64,000 bases of DNA from positions 1,408,001 through 1,472,000 of the forward strand of contig CAVTJJ010000004.1 of the NCBI GenBank assembly GCA_963735035.1, in the 5' to 3' direction. How positions within the stretch are numbered: position 1 is the stretch's first letter; every line of letters starts with the position of its first letter. The notes beneath the pieces are model-generated. The model saw only the letters and a list, made by a program, of their open reading frames with translations, was not told where the DNA came from and made no database searches. Positions 20,212 to 29,138 of this stretch are shown piece after piece. This DNA comes from an uncultured candidate division Zixibacteria bacterium. GTDB lineage: Bacteria; Zixibacteria; MSB-5A5; GN15; FEB-12. Made by a program: the position numbers and the translations under genes.

Positions 20212-20946
20212 TTGAAAAGGATTTTGATTACAGTAGCCTGGCTCCTGATCCTGCCGCTCGCCGGTTGGGCTCAGGGAACGCTTGCAGGCGGACTCACGGT
20301 CGTGACAACACCACCCGGGGCGGAGGTGATTCTCGACGGTGAAGCTAATCTGTCCGGACTCTCTCCAATCACTTTCTCCTATCCGGCCATCGGGGAATAC
20401 AAGCTGACTATTCGGAAGTACGGTTTCGAGGAATATCGAACCCGGCTACTGCTTGATCCTTCCAAACCTCAGCAGGTGGCGGTGGAACTATCGCCTAAGA
20501 CCGGTATCAAGGCGGCGTTGAGATCGGCCGTTATCCCTGGTTGGGGACAACGCTATACCGGTCAAAAAGGGAAGGGCTTCTTGCTAAGCGCTTCTTTCGT
20601 TGCATCGGCGCTGGTGCTGCTGAACGAAGACACCGAATTTCGTGACCGTCGCGATGAATACGAAAGCCGTTTGTCCGAGTATGATAATGCTGTCAATCGT
20701 GGTGAGACTTACACCGATCTCTCCCGGCGCTACACTCTTCTGACCAGAGCTCAAACGAAGGCTTACGATGCCGAGAGCCGCCGACGCATATCGGCGGGCA
20801 TCGTTGTCGGTGTTTGGGGGCTCAACGTTATTGACGCGCTCCTCTTCTCGTCGAGCGAGCGGGCGACTTTTTCGATCAAGGGGTTGAGTGTTGCGCCTAC
20901 CAGCGACAACGGCGGACTCAAAGTGACCTTATCCAGGGCGTTTTGA
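20212..20946 (+). CDS. PEGA-domain / DUF5683-like exported protein
   Basis: Signal peptide; VVTTPPGAEVILDG (PEGA); SAVIPGWGQRY; WGLNVIDA. Confidence 0.75.
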   Translation: MKRILITVAWLLILPLAGWAQGTLAGGLTVVTTPPGAEVILDGEANLSGLSPITFSYPAIGEYKLTIRKYGFEEYRTRLLLDPSKPQQVAVELSPKTGIKAALRSAVIPGWGQRYTGQKGKGFLLSASFVASALVLLNEDTEFRDRRDEYESRLSEYDNAVNRGETYTDLSRRYTLLTRAQTKAYDAESRRRISAGIVVGVWGLNVIDALLFSSSERATFSIKGLSVAPTSDNGGLKVTLSRAF

Positions 20947-20949
20947 TCT

Positions 20950-22203
20950 ATGAAGAAGCGCTTATCTACATATTTGACGACCTTGCTGTTCGGGCTGACG
21001 ATTCTTTCCGGATGCACCCGTGACATCGAATCGAAGAACCCGATCCGGTCGCTGCCCGACATGCCCCCGGCGCCGGTTCATCTTTCCACCGTTATCAATG
21101 ATCGTTCCGTGACGCTCTCCTGGGAAGTCAGCGATACTGCGGCGGTGTCTCTTTATCGAATCTATATGTCCGAAGATTCCGGGGCGACTTTCACTCCGAT
21201 AGACTCGACCGGTCAATTTTCCAGGACCGTCACCGGGTTGCCTCTCTATCAAGAGATTCGTCTGCGGGTGACATCGGTCACCAGCCGCAAGTTGGAAAGC
21301 GTCCCGTCTGAGGCGGTGCGCGTGGCTTCGGGGCTGATGCAGATGTTGATCCAGGCGGGTGACAAGTACACGATCGCCCGCAATGTCGATGTGACGTTCA
21401 GTTCGCCGTTGATTCCGGTGTTCGTGCAGATGTCCGAAGATCCAACTTTGAGCGACGCGGTCGTCCTGGAATATCAATCGCCGATGCCGTTTATGCTCTC
21501 CCAGGGCGAAGGGGTTAAGACCGTGTATGCCCGGTTGACGTTTGCCGATGGTTCTGAATCCGGCACGATTCTTTCAGACGATATCACTCTCGATACTTAC
21601 GCTCGAATTGATTCGGTCTATTTCACTCAGAATGTGGATTCGTTGACGGCGGGCGATACGATCTGGTTCTATGTTGCGGCCCACGGCGAAGCCGGGGGTG
21701 GATCATCGGTAATCTTTGGGAACAACACCCGCGTATTGTTGCGCGATCTCGGGTTGAACGGAGATCTGGTGGCGGGTGACGGGATCTATTCTTTTGCCTG
21801 GGTGGTTCCGGTTGGGATGTCAGTTATCAATGGACTGGTCAGCGGAACTTTCACCGATGCCGCCGGCAACAATGCCGTTCAGGCTCAGGCCGCAAGCCGG
21901 TTGAATATTTGGACGATGACTACACCGACCGCAGTCATCCTGGCGGTAAGTTTGACCGATTCAGTGACCGCTCATTTGTCTTGGACTGCCAATACCGATA
22001 ACGATTTTGTTTCCTATCGCATTTATCGCTCAGTATCGCCTAATATTGACGTGAGCACTAGTATCCTCTCTATTATTACCAATCAGGGGAACACCACTCA
22101 CGATGATTATCTGTCTGGCACCGGGACGTATTACTATAAGGTCTTTGTGTTCGATTCCGAGGGGCGTTTCGCCGGTTCGAACGAAGTCATTGTAGGTCGG
22201 TGA
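20950..22203 (+). CDS. Fibronectin type III domain lipoprotein
   Basis: Lipobox LSGC; FN3-like VTLSW...YRIY at both ends; DLGLNGDLVAGDGIYS motif. Confidence 0.75.
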   Translation: MKKRLSTYLTTLLFGLTILSGCTRDIESKNPIRSLPDMPPAPVHLSTVINDRSVTLSWEVSDTAAVSLYRIYMSEDSGATFTPIDSTGQFSRTVTGLPLYQEIRLRVTSVTSRKLESVPSEAVRVASGLMQMLIQAGDKYTIARNVDVTFSSPLIPVFVQMSEDPTLSDAVVLEYQSPMPFMLSQGEGVKTVYARLTFADGSESGTILSDDITLDTYARIDSVYFTQNVDSLTAGDTIWFYVAAHGEAGGGSSVIFGNNTRVLLRDLGLNGDLVAGDGIYSFAWVVPVGMSVINGLVSGTFTDAAGNNAVQAQAASRLNIWTMTTPTAVILAVSLTDSVTAHLSWTANTDNDFVSYRIYRSVSPNIDVSTSILSIITNQGNTTHDDYLSGTGTYYYKVFVFDSEGRFAGSNEVIVGR

Positions 22204-22224
22204 CGACGCAAGGAGACGAAGGCC

Positions 22225-23064
22225 TTGGCTGTTCTTGAGCGTGTCAATCAATTCGTCCTTCTCATCATCAACACCTTTCGCCAGTTCAATCAGTGGCGTA
22301 TTTGGCTGGTGCTACTGGCGTACTATGGCCTTCAGGGTCTGGTCCTCTACATCCATTACGCTTATCCGGTCGGCCCGTTGAGTGGCCTCATAAACGGGTG
22401 GGTGGCGCTGTTCGGCCCCGACACCTCGACTGCATTCAGCCATTATCCAGAGCATTTTCTTCTGTTGGGGAAGATTTCATATTGGGCCAAGCTGGCGGTC
22501 GGAGTGGTGCTCGAAGGAGCTGTGTTGGGCGCCGTGGCCGGACTTTTCTTCAAGAGGTTGGCAGGCTCTCGGGCCGAGGTTGGGGCCGGGAATTCGGGAG
22601 CCGGGCGTTACTTCAACCTGACTCTCGCCTGGGTGATTCTCAACGGTCTCATGCTGGTGGCCGGGCAATTTATTCCCACTCTTCTGGCGGGATCACTGTA
22701 CGGCCCACGACGAATCCTGGTCTTCAGTTTCGTACTGATGCCGTTTGTCTTCACGTTCATCTTTGCGCTTTTCTTCCTGGCGATACCGGCCGTAGTCATA
22801 TACCGTGAAAATGTCCTGAAAGCTTTGTTGAGGTCTTTCAAGCACTTCCTGCGCCGACCCTTCACCCTGTTCTTCCTGAGCATCGTGGTACTGGCGGTGC
22901 CGATTCTAATGGGGGCTTTTGCCAGTCGTCCTTCCGGGATTGTCGATAGTTTCAAACCGGAACTACTCTACTGGATTCTGATTGCCTCGCTGTTCAGCGA
23001 GATGATCGCCTATTTCTTCTGGATGAGTATGGCCGTCCGGTTTCTGTGGTCGGAAGACCACTGA
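22225..23064 (+). CDS. Hypothetical multi-pass membrane protein
   Basis: About six hydrophobic helices; co-oriented with upstream genes. Confidence 0.7.
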   Translation: MAVLERVNQFVLLIINTFRQFNQWRIWLVLLAYYGLQGLVLYIHYAYPVGPLSGLINGWVALFGPDTSTAFSHYPEHFLLLGKISYWAKLAVGVVLEGAVLGAVAGLFFKRLAGSRAEVGAGNSGAGRYFNLTLAWVILNGLMLVAGQFIPTLLAGSLYGPRRILVFSFVLMPFVFTFIFALFFLAIPAVVIYRENVLKALLRSFKHFLRRPFTLFFLSIVVLAVPILMGAFASRPSGIVDSFKPELLYWILIASLFSEMIAYFFWMSMAVRFLWSEDH

Positions 23065-23188
23065 AACTGTTTCACTGTTTCATCTCCGAAGAATACCTGC
23101 ACCAAGATCGCTCAAAACGCGATTTATTCCTCAAAAAGTCTCTTCTTCAGCCGATACAGGAGGTATACCGCCGAGGACTGTTGTAGAG

Positions 23189-24619
23189 ATGAAAAACATA
23201 CTATTGGTGGACGACGACAAGGAAGTATCGCAGTCGGTAGCTAATCTCTTCGACTCGGACAAATACAAGTTCGAGTTCATGGAGGATGGAGCCGGCGTGT
23301 CGCGGTATCTCCAGGAAAACCAGAATGTAGATCTGGTTATGCTCGACGTCAATCTGCCCACCATGTCCGGACTCGAAGTGCTCAAGCAGATTCGGCAGGT
23401 CAAATCCGAAGTGCCGGTGATTGTGATCTCCGGGTTTGTCTCCACAGAGAACGCGATTGAAGCGATGAGGGAAGGGGCTTACGAGTACCTGACCAAACCG
23501 TTCCAGGTGAGCAAGCTGCTGGAGACGGTCAACAAGGCCTGCGGTTATCAGATGCGCACCCAGAGCGGAGCCATCATGGAGCGCCCGCCGATTTCCGATA
23601 CCCCGGTCGATGAGATCGTGGGCAAGTCGCCGGAGATCGTGGAAATTGCCAAGATGGTCGGGCAAGTGGCCAAGTCGGACGCCGCCGTGTTGATATTCGG
23701 AGAGTCGGGCACCGGCAAGGAAGTCGTCGCCCGCGCTATACATCGTAACTCTCGCCGCAACAATCATCAGTTCCTGTCGGTCAACTGCGCCGCTCTTCCC
23801 GAAACACTTCTGGAGTCGGAGCTGTTCGGACACGAAAAGGGTGCCTTTACGGGCGCCTATTACAAGCGGATCGGCAAGTTCGAACAGACCGACGGCGGCA
23901 CACTTTTCCTCGACGAAATCGGCGACATGTCGATGCTGACCCAATCGAAACTGTTGCGCGTGCTTCAGGATCAGACGTTCGAACGGGTAGGCGGCAATCA
24001 GACGATCAAGTCCGATGTCCGAATTATCGCCGCCACCAACAAGTCTCTGGTTCAGGCGATGAAAGAGGGATCTTTCCGCGTGGATCTGTTCTATCGTCTG
24101 AAGGTCGTATCATTCTATATCCCACCGCTACGCGACAGGCGGGGCGATATCACGCTGCTCATAGATCATTTCCTCTCCAAGTTCTCGAACCAGCTTGGTA
24201 TTCCGCGCCGGACCGTCTCCAAGAAGGCGGTGCAGGTTCTGACGAAACATCCGTGGCCGGGCAACGTCAGAGAACTCGAGAACAACGTCCATACGGCCAT
24301 GGTGATGTCGAAGAACGAGGAGCTGCAGTCGGAGGACTTCCCGAGCCTGGCCGACGATGCCCCCAAGGTCGACATTGATCTCTCGGTACTGCAGGATGAC
24401 TACACCGAGACCTTCCGCAAGATAGTCGACCCGATTATGGTCAAGCTGATCGCCAGCTCGCCAGGTCAAATCTATCATTTCCTAGAATCGGCCCTGGAAC
24501 GGGCTGTGATCTCGACCTGTCTGAAGCATTTCAACGGCAACCAGGTCAAGGCATCTGAGACACTGGGTATTTCGCGCAATACCTTGCGCGACCGTATTGC
24601 CCGCTACAATCTCTACTAG
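23189..24619 (+). CDS. sigma54-dependent response regulator (NtrC family)
   Basis: Receiver LLVDDD/MLD/KP; GESGTGKE, GAFTGA, FLDEIG, WPGNVRELEN; Fis-type HTH LGISRNTL. Confidence 0.95.
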   Translation: MKNILLVDDDKEVSQSVANLFDSDKYKFEFMEDGAGVSRYLQENQNVDLVMLDVNLPTMSGLEVLKQIRQVKSEVPVIVISGFVSTENAIEAMREGAYEYLTKPFQVSKLLETVNKACGYQMRTQSGAIMERPPISDTPVDEIVGKSPEIVEIAKMVGQVAKSDAAVLIFGESGTGKEVVARAIHRNSRRNNHQFLSVNCAALPETLLESELFGHEKGAFTGAYYKRIGKFEQTDGGTLFLDEIGDMSMLTQSKLLRVLQDQTFERVGGNQTIKSDVRIIAATNKSLVQAMKEGSFRVDLFYRLKVVSFYIPPLRDRRGDITLLIDHFLSKFSNQLGIPRRTVSKKAVQVLTKHPWPGNVRELENNVHTAMVMSKNEELQSEDFPSLADDAPKVDIDLSVLQDDYTETFRKIVDPIMVKLIASSPGQIYHFLESALERAVISTCLKHFNGNQVKASETLGISRNTLRDRIARYNLY

Positions 24620-24687
24620 CCCAACGGCTGGTTACTCCCTTACCATTGTGATTGGCTCCGTGAATACAGGGGTTTATATTGCCGCCT

Positions 24688-25803
24688 ATGAAGATCTGCC
24701 ATCTTTCGGACAGCCATCTGGGGGCGGGGGAGAACCATCGCCGTCGCGCTCCCAGCGGTCTGACCGAGCGCCAGGAGGATATTCTCGCAGCCTTTGTTGA
24801 AGCAGTCGATAAGATTATCGCTCTGCGGCCCGATGTCTGTATCCACTCTGGCGACCTCTTCCACGCCGTGAGGCCCCTCAACAGCATTATGGCAAGGGCT
24901 GCCCAGCAGCTACACCGTCTGGCGGCGGAAGCGGGGATCCCGACTATTATTATCACCGGGAATCACGACGCTCCCAAGCAGCCCCATGTCGGAGCCGCTC
25001 TGGACGTATTTGCTCCGATAGCCAATCTTCATATTGCTTCGGCCGGACGTCTTGAGCAATTCCGTATCGGACCGGATTGTTTCCACGCGCTGCCGCACTG
25101 TCTGACTGCGACGGAATTGAAGACCCAGCTCGCCCAGTGTGTGCCGGACAAGAGCGCCCGCTTCAACATTCTGGTGCTGCATGGTGTGGCGGCCGGTATG
25201 CCGGAATTCTCGATGGCTGACCTCGGTGAGCAGGAACTACCGCTGGAAGTTATGGGCCGTTTCGACTATACCGCCCTGGGCCACTATCATAATTTCTGCC
25301 AGGTGGGGCCTCGGGCCTGGTATGCCGGCTCGACTGAGAGGCTCTCGCAGTCAGAGCGGGAGTCGCCTAAAGGTTTTGCCGTGGTCGATCTGGCGCCTTT
25401 CGAAGTTACATTCGTTCCGGTCGCGAGCAGAACTATGGTCGATTTGGAAGTTATCGACTGCGCCGGCCAGCGGGGAGATCAGGTGCTGGAATTGCTTCGG
25501 CAGAAGCTGGACCGAGTCGGGGCTGCTGACAAAATCGTCAGAGTGAAGGTGACAAACGTCTCCCCCGAGACTCTCAAAACGATGCCCGCAAGTCAGCTTT
25601 CCGAGCTTAGGGACCGGGTCTTTGCGCTCGACGTACGGTTCGAGAAGGTGGCAACAGAAGGTGAGGCGGGCAAGTTCGGTCGTTCCGCTATTGGGCGACT
25701 GGATCAGAGCTTTGTCCAGTTTCTCGAAACCATCGATCTGTCCGGGTTCGACCGGAAACGGCTCACCGACGCGGCTCTCAAATATCTTTCGATTGAAGAG
25801 TAA
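24688..25803 (+). CDS. sbcD: SbcD/Mre11-family metallophosphoesterase nuclease
   Basis: HLSDSHLG, HSGDLFH, ITGNHD, VLHG, ALGHYH, YAGS motifs. Confidence 0.8.
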   Translation: MKICHLSDSHLGAGENHRRRAPSGLTERQEDILAAFVEAVDKIIALRPDVCIHSGDLFHAVRPLNSIMARAAQQLHRLAAEAGIPTIIITGNHDAPKQPHVGAALDVFAPIANLHIASAGRLEQFRIGPDCFHALPHCLTATELKTQLAQCVPDKSARFNILVLHGVAAGMPEFSMADLGEQELPLEVMGRFDYTALGHYHNFCQVGPRAWYAGSTERLSQSERESPKGFAVVDLAPFEVTFVPVASRTMVDLEVIDCAGQRGDQVLELLRQKLDRVGAADKIVRVKVTNVSPETLKTMPASQLSELRDRVFALDVRFEKVATEGEAGKFGRSAIGRLDQSFVQFLETIDLSGFDRKRLTDAALKYLSIEE

Positions 25804-25953
25804 ACCGATTGTGGTTGAGGCGGTTGCGGTGGCGGCGGGCTGTGTGATCGGTCGAGCCAAGCTGCGTTTACCAAAAGGCTTTTATGTTGACTCGATCATC
25901 CATCGGCGCTACTAATTCGTATAACGAAAAAAACTGCTAAGGCAGAGGAACGC

Positions 25954-26607
25954 ATGAGAAAGAATTTTATTGTTATCGCGGTAGCATCAGCACTGACATT
26001 GGGAATCTCGGCCAACGCTTTTAGCGCGGTGGGGTCGTCATTTGGCACCCTTACAACAGCCAGCGTCCTGGGCCAGGGCAAGGGTACTTTCGGGTTTGGC
26101 GTCGGGATGGCCGACCGGACCTCGTTCGTAGGCACTTTTGCGTTCGGTCTTTCGCAATACTCCGACGGCCGCCTGAAATTGGGGTTCGCCGATCCGGACA
26201 ACGGCGATACCAAATTGACTTTTGGGGTCGACTACAAGTACCAGTTCTGGAACTACGGTACCGGCAAGAATAATCCCTTCGACTGCGCTCTAGGCATGAT
26301 GCTCGAATACGCCGATTTTGACGCCTTTTCGGTGCTGCAGTTTGGCGGCCAGGTGATCGGTTCGTATCCCATCAAGCTCAGGCGGGGCGGCACACTGGCG
26401 CCTTATGCCCGATTCAATGCGCGCGTAGAGTGGCTCAGTTTTGACGTGCCGGTCGATTATCATGGCGATGATTCCGAAAGCAATCTGGAAGTAGGCCTGA
26501 ACGGCGGTATCCAGTGGCAGATGACACCGAACGTGGGCAGCTACGTAGAATTCCAGATCGACGGGAACGACGGGATATTCATCGGTATTGACCTGGGCGT
26601 GATGTAG
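25954..26607 (+). CDS. Hypothetical outer-membrane beta-barrel protein
   Basis: Signal peptide ANAFS; alternating amphipathic beta-strands rich in G/F/Y. Confidence 0.65.
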   Translation: MRKNFIVIAVASALTLGISANAFSAVGSSFGTLTTASVLGQGKGTFGFGVGMADRTSFVGTFAFGLSQYSDGRLKLGFADPDNGDTKLTFGVDYKYQFWNYGTGKNNPFDCALGMMLEYADFDAFSVLQFGGQVIGSYPIKLRRGGTLAPYARFNARVEWLSFDVPVDYHGDDSESNLEVGLNGGIQWQMTPNVGSYVEFQIDGNDGIFIGIDLGVM

Positions 26608-26662
26608 ACTCTGAACATAGCAAGATCGCCGGCCCTGCGACCTGGCGGGGCCTTTTTGCTTT

Positions 26663-27439
26663 ATGTCATATTTTGACGCAATAATTCTCGGAATCGTGCA
26701 GGGTCTGACCGAATTCCTGCCGGTGTCCTCATCCGGTCATCTGGTGCTCGTGCAGGAGCTCCTCCGTGTTGACAAAGGGGTGGTGCTCGACCTGGATCTC
26801 GTGCTCCACCTGGGGACGCTTATAGCCGTCTTCATATACTTTCGAGCTACTATCTGGCGCTTGATTCAGGCCCTGTTTGGTGGCGGAACGCCTGACGATC
26901 GGAAGATGATCCTGTGGCTGGTGGTCGGAACGATTCCGGCCGGGGTGATCGGGATCTTGTTTGAAGAGTACTTCGAACAGGCTTTTGGCAGCCCGGTGAG
27001 CACGTCGTGGGAGCTTATCATAACCGGCGCTATTCTTTTGGCCACTCGCTTCTTTCGTCCAGGGAACCGGCCCGTTTCATTCCTGCCGTCGGTATGGATC
27101 GGAATCGGGCAGGCGGTTGCGATTCTTCCGGGCATCTCGCGCTCTGGAACGACAATAGCCGCCGGCCTCATGGTCGGTGTGAAACCGTCACGGGCGGCCG
27201 AATTCTCATTTCTGCTGTCGATCCCGGTCATAGCCGGCGCCATACTTCTGAAGGCGAAGGAGATAACCAACATCTCGGCTCAGCTAATGGGGCCGTTCCT
27301 GGTAGGGATGCTCGTCTCGCTCGCACTCGGGCTCCTTTCGGTTTATATCGTTCTCACCACGGTAAAACGGGGGAAATTTGACTATTTCGCCTATTACTGC
27401 TTTGCGGTGGGAGCGCTGGGTCTGTATCTTTTCTCCTAA
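26663..27439 (+). CDS. uppP: Undecaprenyl-diphosphate phosphatase
   Basis: QGLTEFLPVSSSGHL, PGISRSGTT, AAEFSFLL. Confidence 0.95.
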   Translation: MSYFDAIILGIVQGLTEFLPVSSSGHLVLVQELLRVDKGVVLDLDLVLHLGTLIAVFIYFRATIWRLIQALFGGGTPDDRKMILWLVVGTIPAGVIGILFEEYFEQAFGSPVSTSWELIITGAILLATRFFRPGNRPVSFLPSVWIGIGQAVAILPGISRSGTTIAAGLMVGVKPSRAAEFSFLLSIPVIAGAILLKAKEITNISAQLMGPFLVGMLVSLALGLLSVYIVLTTVKRGKFDYFAYYCFAVGALGLYLFS

Positions 27440-29023
27440 ATGCAGAGCGGCATTCTCGTCGTCAGATTCGGCTCCCTGGGCGATGTCATCCTGACTTCGG
27501 CCCCGGTCCTGAATCTCAAGCTGGCTTATCATGACCGTCAGTTGATCTACCTGACGAGGGAGAGGTTCAGACCTCTGGTCGAGAAGTTCGACGGCGTCGA
27601 TCGGGTCGAGACCGTTTCGGATCACGCAACTCCGTTTGAGCTCTTCAAGAAGCTGCAGGAAGTGGAGACGCTCGAAATCGATCGAGTAGTCGACCTGCAC
27701 GGTAATTTCCGCTCGTGGCTCACGCGTATGATGATCGTAGCCAATCACAAGAGCGTCTATCCCAAGCGGCGCTGGGATCGTTGGCGCGTGACTCGAAAGA
27801 AGAAGACGCTGCCGCTTGATTACCCCCATACAATTGACCTGTACAACGAGGTGGTTCTTTCCGATGGTAAGCGGGCACATTGTCGCCGACCCTTGATGGC
27901 GATACCATCTCTGTTGTCAAAGTATGCCGCTATTGTCGAGAGCTCCATGCCGATTGTGCTTATGGCTCCCGGCGCGGCCCATCCGACCAAGGCCTGGCCG
28001 GTCGGCCGGTTTGCTCATGTAGCATCATCGTTGCGTAAAATCTACGGAGCGCGAATAATTTGGGCGGTAACGTCGGCCGAGAAAGTGACCGCATCGTTGC
28101 CCGCCGAGATAAGTGATCCCGACATTATTGAACTGGTAGACTGTCCTCTCGATCAACTGGCCGCGATTGCTTCCAGAGCTCGACTGGCAATCACTAACGA
28201 CTCTGGCATCGGGCACCTGGCGTCGGCGGTCGGAACGCCGGTCTTGGCGCTGTTTGGCCCTACGCACCCGGTGCTCGGATTTGCTCCGCGCGGACTCAGA
28301 GATAGAGTCATGCAAGTGGATGAATTCTGCCGCCCCTGTTCCCGTCACGGCCGGAAGCCTTGTTGGCGTGAAGAACGCTTCTGCTTCAATAAGCTGAGCC
28401 CGGAGATAGTGATCGCCGAAGCCCTGGTCATGCTGGAAGAAGCCGCCGAGCTGGTTCCGGGACTTTTGGTTGATCGGGATGGCACGATCATGGTAGATAA
28501 GGAATACCTGTCTGATCCGGCCAAGGTCGAGTTGATCTGCGGGGCCGGCGCCGCTCTGAGGCAGGCGCGGGAGGCAGGTTACAAAATCGCCGTGGTATCG
28601 AACCAGTCCGGGGTGGCCCGAGGCTATCATACTTGTGAAGATGTCGAGAAGGTAAACGCACGCTTGAAAGAACTTCTTGAAGCCGAAGGCGTGAAGGTAG
28701 ACGGTTTCTATTACTGTCCTCATCATGGCAAGAAGGGTCGCGTTCCGGAATTCACGCAGGATTGCCGTTGCCGGAAACCTTCGCCCGGCATGGCAGAGCA
28801 GGCGGCGCTCGAGTGTGGTTTCGACCTTCGCCGCTCGGCGGTAGTGGGTGACTCGCTGGTAGATATCGGCCTGGGAAGGGTCATCGGGGCACGCTCGATT
28901 CTGGTCCGGACCGGGTACGGGGCAGGCCTGGTCCGCGAGCGGCGCGCTCAGTTGGAACGACACGGGGTCGAGATTGCCGATGATCTTCAATCGGCCGTGT
29001 GCTTGCTCTCACACAGTCAATGA
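27440..29023 (+). CDS. Fusion: GT9 heptosyltransferase + GmhB heptose-1,7-bisphosphate phosphatase
   Basis: N-terminal VRFGSLGDV, DLH, NDSGIGHLA, LFGPT; C-terminal VDRDGTI, SNQSGVARG, CPHH...CRCRKP, VGD. Confidence 0.88.
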   Translation: MQSGILVVRFGSLGDVILTSAPVLNLKLAYHDRQLIYLTRERFRPLVEKFDGVDRVETVSDHATPFELFKKLQEVETLEIDRVVDLHGNFRSWLTRMMIVANHKSVYPKRRWDRWRVTRKKKTLPLDYPHTIDLYNEVVLSDGKRAHCRRPLMAIPSLLSKYAAIVESSMPIVLMAPGAAHPTKAWPVGRFAHVASSLRKIYGARIIWAVTSAEKVTASLPAEISDPDIIELVDCPLDQLAAIASRARLAITNDSGIGHLASAVGTPVLALFGPTHPVLGFAPRGLRDRVMQVDEFCRPCSRHGRKPCWREERFCFNKLSPEIVIAEALVMLEEAAELVPGLLVDRDGTIMVDKEYLSDPAKVELICGAGAALRQAREAGYKIAVVSNQSGVARGYHTCEDVEKVNARLKELLEAEGVKVDGFYYCPHHGKKGRVPEFTQDCRCRKPSPGMAEQAALECGFDLRRSAVVGDSLVDIGLGRVIGARSILVRTGYGAGLVRERRAQLERHGVEIADDLQSAVCLLSHSQ

Positions 29024-29138
29024 CTCGAATGGACGTGCGTAACTTGATAGATAAGACTAATTAGCCGATATATGATTCTGAAGGCCGGTTTGGTCTGTCC
29101 TGATGTAAACGAACCGAGGCGCCGGCCCGTCTGAGGTC

